Of a stretch of 21,625 nucleotides of DNA, positions 17,284 to 21,625 are shown piece by piece (position 1 is the first letter of the stretch; the number at the start of each line of letters is the position of its first letter). The notes beneath the pieces were generated by a model. That model was not told where the DNA came from. It searched no databases and worked only from the letters and a program-made list of their open reading frames with translations. Both the position numbers and the translations under genes were made by a program. Origin of the DNA: a virus (taxonomy: Duplodnaviria > Heunggongvirae > Uroviricota > Caudoviricetes). The stretch lies in IMG/VR virus record IMGVR_UViG_2645727608_000013. One strand, written 5' to 3'.

Positions 17284-18357
17284 TTACGCTCCCGGCTCTG
17301 CGGTCGCTTTAGCCGGTGTGGAGAAGTCACCGACCTTGATTTTTTCCACCAGACAACCGGCGGCGTAGTCTTCCACCACGTAATCAATGTTCATTGACTC
17401 GTAGTTCTCCACGCGGTCGAGTTTCGGGTTTTCCACAATCACGCGGCGATGGCTGTCATCCATGTAGTAGATGGACAGGTTTTTCAGCTTCGTGATGAGC
17501 ATCGCATCCGCCGGGAAGTACGGGACGCGTACCGCCGGCAGGTTACCGATGCGTTTCTGGCTGATGATGACGTCAGCGGCCAGCATTTCGCTGTTGTCCT
17601 GCTCCTTGTTGACGATGGGGAAATACTTGTCCGCCAGTAGCTGACGCCCCACAATCACCACAAGGTCAGGGTCTTCCTGATACCACGGTTCAATCAGGTT
17701 GTTGGTCGCATCCATCACCAGTGCATCGAGGCTGGCATAATCACCGCCCTTGCCCACGCGGATAACCTCAGAGGTGGTGCGGCCTTCCTCGTCAGTGACC
17801 TTGCTCATCACGCGCGCCGGGGCTTCATTGCGGTATTTCTGCAGCCAGCCGACCGCCACATCCTGCAGCATCGGATTGCTGCTGCGGTCAGAGGTTTCGG
17901 CACGCTTCACGCCGTTAAAACCGGCCATGATGAAATCAAGGGACTGGCGTTTGATAATGGCGTTACGGACACGGAGCTGGAAATCCTGATAACGCGCCCA
18001 CAGGTCCAGCGTTTTGTAGCGGATATAAAAATCGAAGTTAATCTGGTCGCATTCGTACTTGTTAGACGCCAGCTTCGAGAAGTCCTTCGGCTGACGCTCG
18101 GTGCCACCGGCGGTGTCGGTGGTGCTGGCGATGGAGCCGGTGACACCGATGCCAATTTTTTCCCCTTTCATTTCGCTGACCGGCACAATATTGATGCGGG
18201 TCAGAAAGTCAGAGGACTCCTGCATGGTGTTCATCAGGGTCTGGGTGACCGACGGTTCAACGGTGAATTTTTTCGACACATCACCGGCGTCGATGCCGTT
18301 CAGTTCGGCAACACGGGACAGGTAGGCATTAAATTTAAAGCGGGTTTCCTGGCGCAT
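17284..18357 (-). CDS. N: Major capsid protein N (P2 gpN-like)
   Basis: 357-aa ORF matching P2 gpN in length; between O and M. Confidence 0.9.
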   Translation of the reverse strand: MRQETRFKFNAYLSRVAELNGIDAGDVSKKFTVEPSVTQTLMNTMQESSDFLTRINIVPVSEMKGEKIGIGVTGSIASTTDTAGGTERQPKDFSKLASNKYECDQINFDFYIRYKTLDLWARYQDFQLRVRNAIIKRQSLDFIMAGFNGVKRAETSDRSSNPMLQDVAVGWLQKYRNEAPARVMSKVTDEEGRTTSEVIRVGKGGDYASLDALVMDATNNLIEPWYQEDPDLVVIVGRQLLADKYFPIVNKEQDNSEMLAADVIISQKRIGNLPAVRVPYFPADAMLITKLKNLSIYYMDDSHRRVIVENPKLDRVENYESMNIDYVVEDYAAGCLVEKIKVGDFSTPAKATAEPGA

Positions 18358-18415
18358 AGTTTTTCCTGAAATTAAGAGTTAATCGTGAAGGTTTTCCCGG
18401 ACTGACTGACGCCGG

Positions 18416-19237
18416 TCAGCAGTTCGTCATCAGGGCATCACCGCCACCGCCGGTGGCCTTGCTGCGGCGCTGCTGGGTCAGACTTTCGGTGCTGTCGAGA
18501 CTGTTTTTCAGGCGGGTGAATGCCTGGCTGGTTTCATCCGCCCTGTCAGTCACATCCTGCTTAAGTGCGGAAAAAGCGGTTTCCATCTCAGCGAGGCGCT
18601 GCTCAGTGGCACTCAGTTTTTCCTGCACATGTTCAGCAACAGCGGTCACCGCTTCATGCACATCATTCAGACGGGCGTCATCGCTGGCCTGTTTGCGGCT
18701 AAAAATGGATTTCACCTTTTCGGTCAGGGCGGTGAACACGGTTTCAGGCAGGTCTTCAAATTCCAGCTCAACAGGCGTTGCCACTGAAATCAGGTTTTCA
18801 GGGCTTAATTTGAAGCGGTTCAGGGGGTTGTGTTTTGCCGTGCGGCAGAATTCCAGGTATTCCGTGCCGAGGCTTGCCGGGTCATCGGTGACGGCCAGCC
18901 CCACCAGATAACATTTGCCGGTGTTGGCAAAGTTCGGCTGAATTTCCATTGAGGTGTAGACCTTCTGCGCGGCCTTGTTCATCGCGATAAGGTCATCGGT
19001 CGGGGTGATTTTCGCAAACAGCGCCCATTTGCCTTTCAGCGCCGAATCATCGTCAATCTTTTCGGCCTTCAGTTCGACCACATCGCCATAACGCTTAAAA
19101 ATACCGTCAGGCAGGATGCCGCGCAGATGTTCCAGGTTAATGCGGCAACCATAGACTCGCGGGTCAAAGGTTTCGGCCATTTCCTGAATATCCTGCGCAC
19201 TGATGACACGCCCGTCACAGGTGTCACCCTCAACGCC
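18416..19237 (-). pseudogene. O: Capsid scaffold gene O, 5'-truncated by IS insertion (about the first 10 codons of P2 gpO missing on this side)
   Basis: The frame stays open upstream of the track's internal start (19180) and encodes AGVEGDTCDGRVISAQDIQEMAETFDP..., matching residues ~11 onward of P2 gpO (284 aa) as I remember them; similarity stops near 19237/19238 where the IS terminal repeats begin; in-frame TAA at 19244..19246. Confidence 0.7.
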
Positions 19238-19246
19238 TGCGTATTA

Positions 19247-19322
19247 CCGTGAAGGAGATCGGTGAGTAACATCGATGGAGATCGGTTCGTGTCACTTTCA
19301 CAGAACCGTTTTTAAATTACCT
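19247..19322. repeat. IS21-family terminal repeat region (multiple short direct and inverted repeats, probable IstA binding sites)
   Basis: GGAGATCGGT at 19254..19263 and 19276..19285; the inverted copy GATCTCCTTCGG at 19309..19320; the minus-strand IS terminus ends ...ACGCA at 19238. Confidence 0.5.
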
Positions 19323-20072
19323 TCACTGATCTCCTTCGGTCAACGGAGATTGTATTTTCCGCATTGATTCTCCTTTAAGTTCGATCTTGATACTGCCATG
19401 AACCAGTCGATCTAGGATGGCATCCGCATGTGTGGAGTCTCCGATCATTTTGTACCAGTTTTCCACCGGCAACTGGCTCACTACGATGATTGAGCCTCGT
19501 TGGTACATCAGATCCACTATTTCCAGCAGGTCGCTACGCTGTTCTGATGAGAGAGGTTCCAGCCCCCAGTCATCCAGAAGCAGCAGATCGCTATTATTCA
19601 GCCTGGTCAAAAGTTTGCTGTATCTTCCATCAGCATGCCCCTGATAGCACTGTTCCATCAGCGCTTTAAGGCGATAATAGTAGACCTTGTATCCCTGTCG
19701 GCAGGCATTATGACCAAGTGCACATGCCAGGAACGTTTTACCGCTGCCGGTGGCCCCGGTCAGTAAAATATTTTGTTTCAGGGTTAACCAGTTTCCCTGA
19801 CTGAGTGAACGGATGAGGGCCCTGTCCAGCCCTCTATTGTTACGATAATCCAGCTTTGATAACTCAGCATTAAGTCTGAACCGTGCATGTTTGATCAGAC
19901 GCTCTGCCTTCCTGTTTTCACGGCAGGTTAGTTCTTCTGCTGTCAGTAATGACAGGCGTTCTTCGAAGCCCAGCTCCTGGTATGTGCCCGGTTGAGCAAG
20001 TTGCTTTTTAAGCGCATCACGGAAGCCGGTGAGTTTAAGTGCGGTCAGTTGTTCGTAAAGATGATTCATCAT
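19323..20072 (-). CDS. istB: IS21-family transposition helper ATPase IstB
   Basis: 249-aa ORF with Walker A (GATGSGKT) and Walker B (LLLLDDWG) motifs; directly downstream of istA. Confidence 0.9.
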   Translation of the reverse strand: MMNHLYEQLTALKLTGFRDALKKQLAQPGTYQELGFEERLSLLTAEELTCRENRKAERLIKHARFRLNAELSKLDYRNNRGLDRALIRSLSQGNWLTLKQNILLTGATGSGKTFLACALGHNACRQGYKVYYYRLKALMEQCYQGHADGRYSKLLTRLNNSDLLLLDDWGLEPLSSEQRSDLLEIVDLMYQRGSIIVVSQLPVENWYKMIGDSTHADAILDRLVHGSIKIELKGESMRKIQSPLTEGDQ

Positions 20073-20083
20073 TGGATCCCGTA

Positions 20084-21625
20084 TCAGTGGTAATACTCAC
20101 TGCCGCGTACGTTTTCGTGTTCCATCGTGGATAACAGATCTGGTTTTGGATCCTGAACAGGTTGTTTATCCAGACCTTTTTCCAGGATCGATTTAATACC
20201 TGACAGACGCCATACCTTTGTTTTCAGAGCTCTTGCACATGCTGCATTAAGTCTGGCTTTACTGTATTTTTTATGAAGGTTCAGGAGTCCAAGGCAGAAG
20301 CGATAGCTTTGTTCCGGATGTGGACGAGAGTTCAGTATATGAAGCACATAACTATGAGTTTCACTGCCTATGTGCCCCGCCCATTCCAGAAGACGCTCTG
20401 GCGTCCAGGTGGCATGCTGTCGATGAGCTTCAGGCATGTGCTCGTTGCGGGTACTGTAGCCATAAGTACGCTTGCGCGGGTGCACAGCAACCTCCTGCCC
20501 CTGATTGAAGAGTCTTACCAGTTCTCCGGAGATCCATGCTTCCAGTTGCTGGCCTAACAGCGAACATGGAACCGAGTAGTAATGTTTGTCGATTTCCACG
20601 TGGTAATCGGCATGAACTCTGACTTTCTTCACCAGGGTGTAACTGTAACTGGCTTCAGGAAGAGGCTTCAGTGCGGGTTTATCAAGCTGGATGAAGAGTT
20701 CTGCACGTGAATAACCCAACTTCTGCATTATTTTGTTATTCAGTCTTTCCAGCAACTCCCGAATGCGCTGATTAAGCGATGCAAGGCTGTAGAAGATCTC
20801 ATGCCTGATTCGGGCCATGATCCAGCGTTCAACAACCTGAACGCCAACTTCAGCTTTGGCTTTATCTTTCGGTTTACGTGGCCGCGCAGGCAAAACTGCG
20901 ACATTATAATGCTCAAGCATCTGCTGGTAGGTAGGGTTAACGTCAGGATCATACTTACATGCCCTGGATGTGGCGCTTTTCAGATTGTCCGGAACAACAA
21001 GTTCAGGAACGCCACCCAACCACTGGAAGCAGCGAACATGACTCATCACCCAGTCTTCAAGCTGCTGAGACCAGGTGGCCTCTGCCCATGTGTAACTTGA
21101 TGCCCCGAGAACAGCTACGATGACCTGAGCAGTTCTTATTTCTCCGGTCTCAGGGTCGGTAACGCCAACGGTAGGTCCACAGTAATCAACGAAAAGTTTT
21201 TCGCCAGCTTTATGTACCTGACGCATTGATGGTGAAGTGGTTTTGAGCCATTCACGGTACATCCGGCAGTAATGGTTATAGCTGTAAAAACCGCCTGGAT
21301 TACGCTCACAGTATTCTTCCCAGAGTAGCTGCAGCGTCACGCATTTATTACGCAGTTCCCGGTGTACTGTAGCCCAGTCAGGCAGAGAGTGCTTCTTCAT
21401 CTTAACCTGGGTCTGAAGGAACGCATGTTTTAGTTTTGTATCATCCCATCCTGTAGGTAAGGGCCACTGCTTTATGCCAAGTTGAGCCGCCCGATTAGCA
21501 TATCTGGATACAACGGAAGGGGAGATTGCAAGACTACGACCAATTTGTCGATGGCTGAGTCCAACACCGTATTTAAGCCTAAGAATTTCTTTAAGTTTTC
21601 TCATAGAAATTGGAACTGTTGGCAT
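20084..21625 (-). CDS. istA: IS21-family transposase IstA (N-terminal HTH, DDE catalytic core)
   Basis: 513-aa ORF whose start ATG is at the window edge (21623..21625); N-terminal helix-turn-helix-like region followed by a large integrase-like core; paired with istB. Confidence 0.85.
   Translation of the reverse strand: MPTVPISMRKLKEILRLKYGVGLSHRQIGRSLAISPSVVSRYANRAAQLGIKQWPLPTGWDDTKLKHAFLQTQVKMKKHSLPDWATVHRELRNKCVTLQLLWEEYCERNPGGFYSYNHYCRMYREWLKTTSPSMRQVHKAGEKLFVDYCGPTVGVTDPETGEIRTAQVIVAVLGASSYTWAEATWSQQLEDWVMSHVRCFQWLGGVPELVVPDNLKSATSRACKYDPDVNPTYQQMLEHYNVAVLPARPRKPKDKAKAEVGVQVVERWIMARIRHEIFYSLASLNQRIRELLERLNNKIMQKLGYSRAELFIQLDKPALKPLPEASYSYTLVKKVRVHADYHVEIDKHYYSVPCSLLGQQLEAWISGELVRLFNQGQEVAVHPRKRTYGYSTRNEHMPEAHRQHATWTPERLLEWAGHIGSETHSYVLHILNSRPHPEQSYRFCLGLLNLHKKYSKARLNAACARALKTKVWRLSGIKSILEKGLDKQPVQDPKPDLLSTMEHENVRGSEYYH

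Larger units (their letters stand above)
19238..21625 (-). mobile_element. IS21-family insertion sequence (istA-istB), partial in window; the istA-proximal end lies beyond 21625
   Basis: Adjacent istA (513 aa) and istB (249 aa) ORFs in the order typical of IS21; terminal region 19238..19322 with repeated GGAGATCGGT motifs; element interrupts the P2 O gene. Confidence 0.85.

Noticed and set aside
19069-19272. 67-aa minus-strand ORF spanning the O/IS junction
   Set aside because: Chimeric reading frame across the insertion junction, out of frame with O; an artefact of the insertion.

Overview
This window is the late (structural and lysis) region of a P2-like myovirus prophage, read in reverse orientation: nearly all genes lie on the minus strand in the canonical P2 order D-U-T-E/E'-FII-FI | G-H-I-J-W-V-S-R-lysC/lysB-lysA-K-Y-X-L-M-N-O. 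Calls rest on protein lengths and sequences I recognise from P2, with no database search run. Three things depart from the P2 backbone. (1) Between tail sheath gene FI and tail-fibre assembly gene G, at the position of the P2 Z/fun locus, sits a visibly AT-rich ~1.5 kb segment with a single plus-strand ORF (6622..7704, 360 aa) that matches no family I recognise; this is the best candidate for an undescribed anti-phage defence gene. (2) An IS21-family element (istA/istB) is inserted in the 5' end of scaffold gene O, truncating it, so the prophage is probably defective; the element runs off the window end. (3) Tail fibre gene H carries four tandem ~120-bp in-frame repeats and a C-terminal half unlike the P2 H I remember. 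Conserved P2 hallmarks are intact: the -1 frameshift site T_TTT_TTG giving E+E', and the lipoprotein spanin lysC nested in lysB. Plus-strand ORFs overlapping the minus-strand genes are antisense artefacts. No rRNA, tRNA or CRISPR array was recognised.
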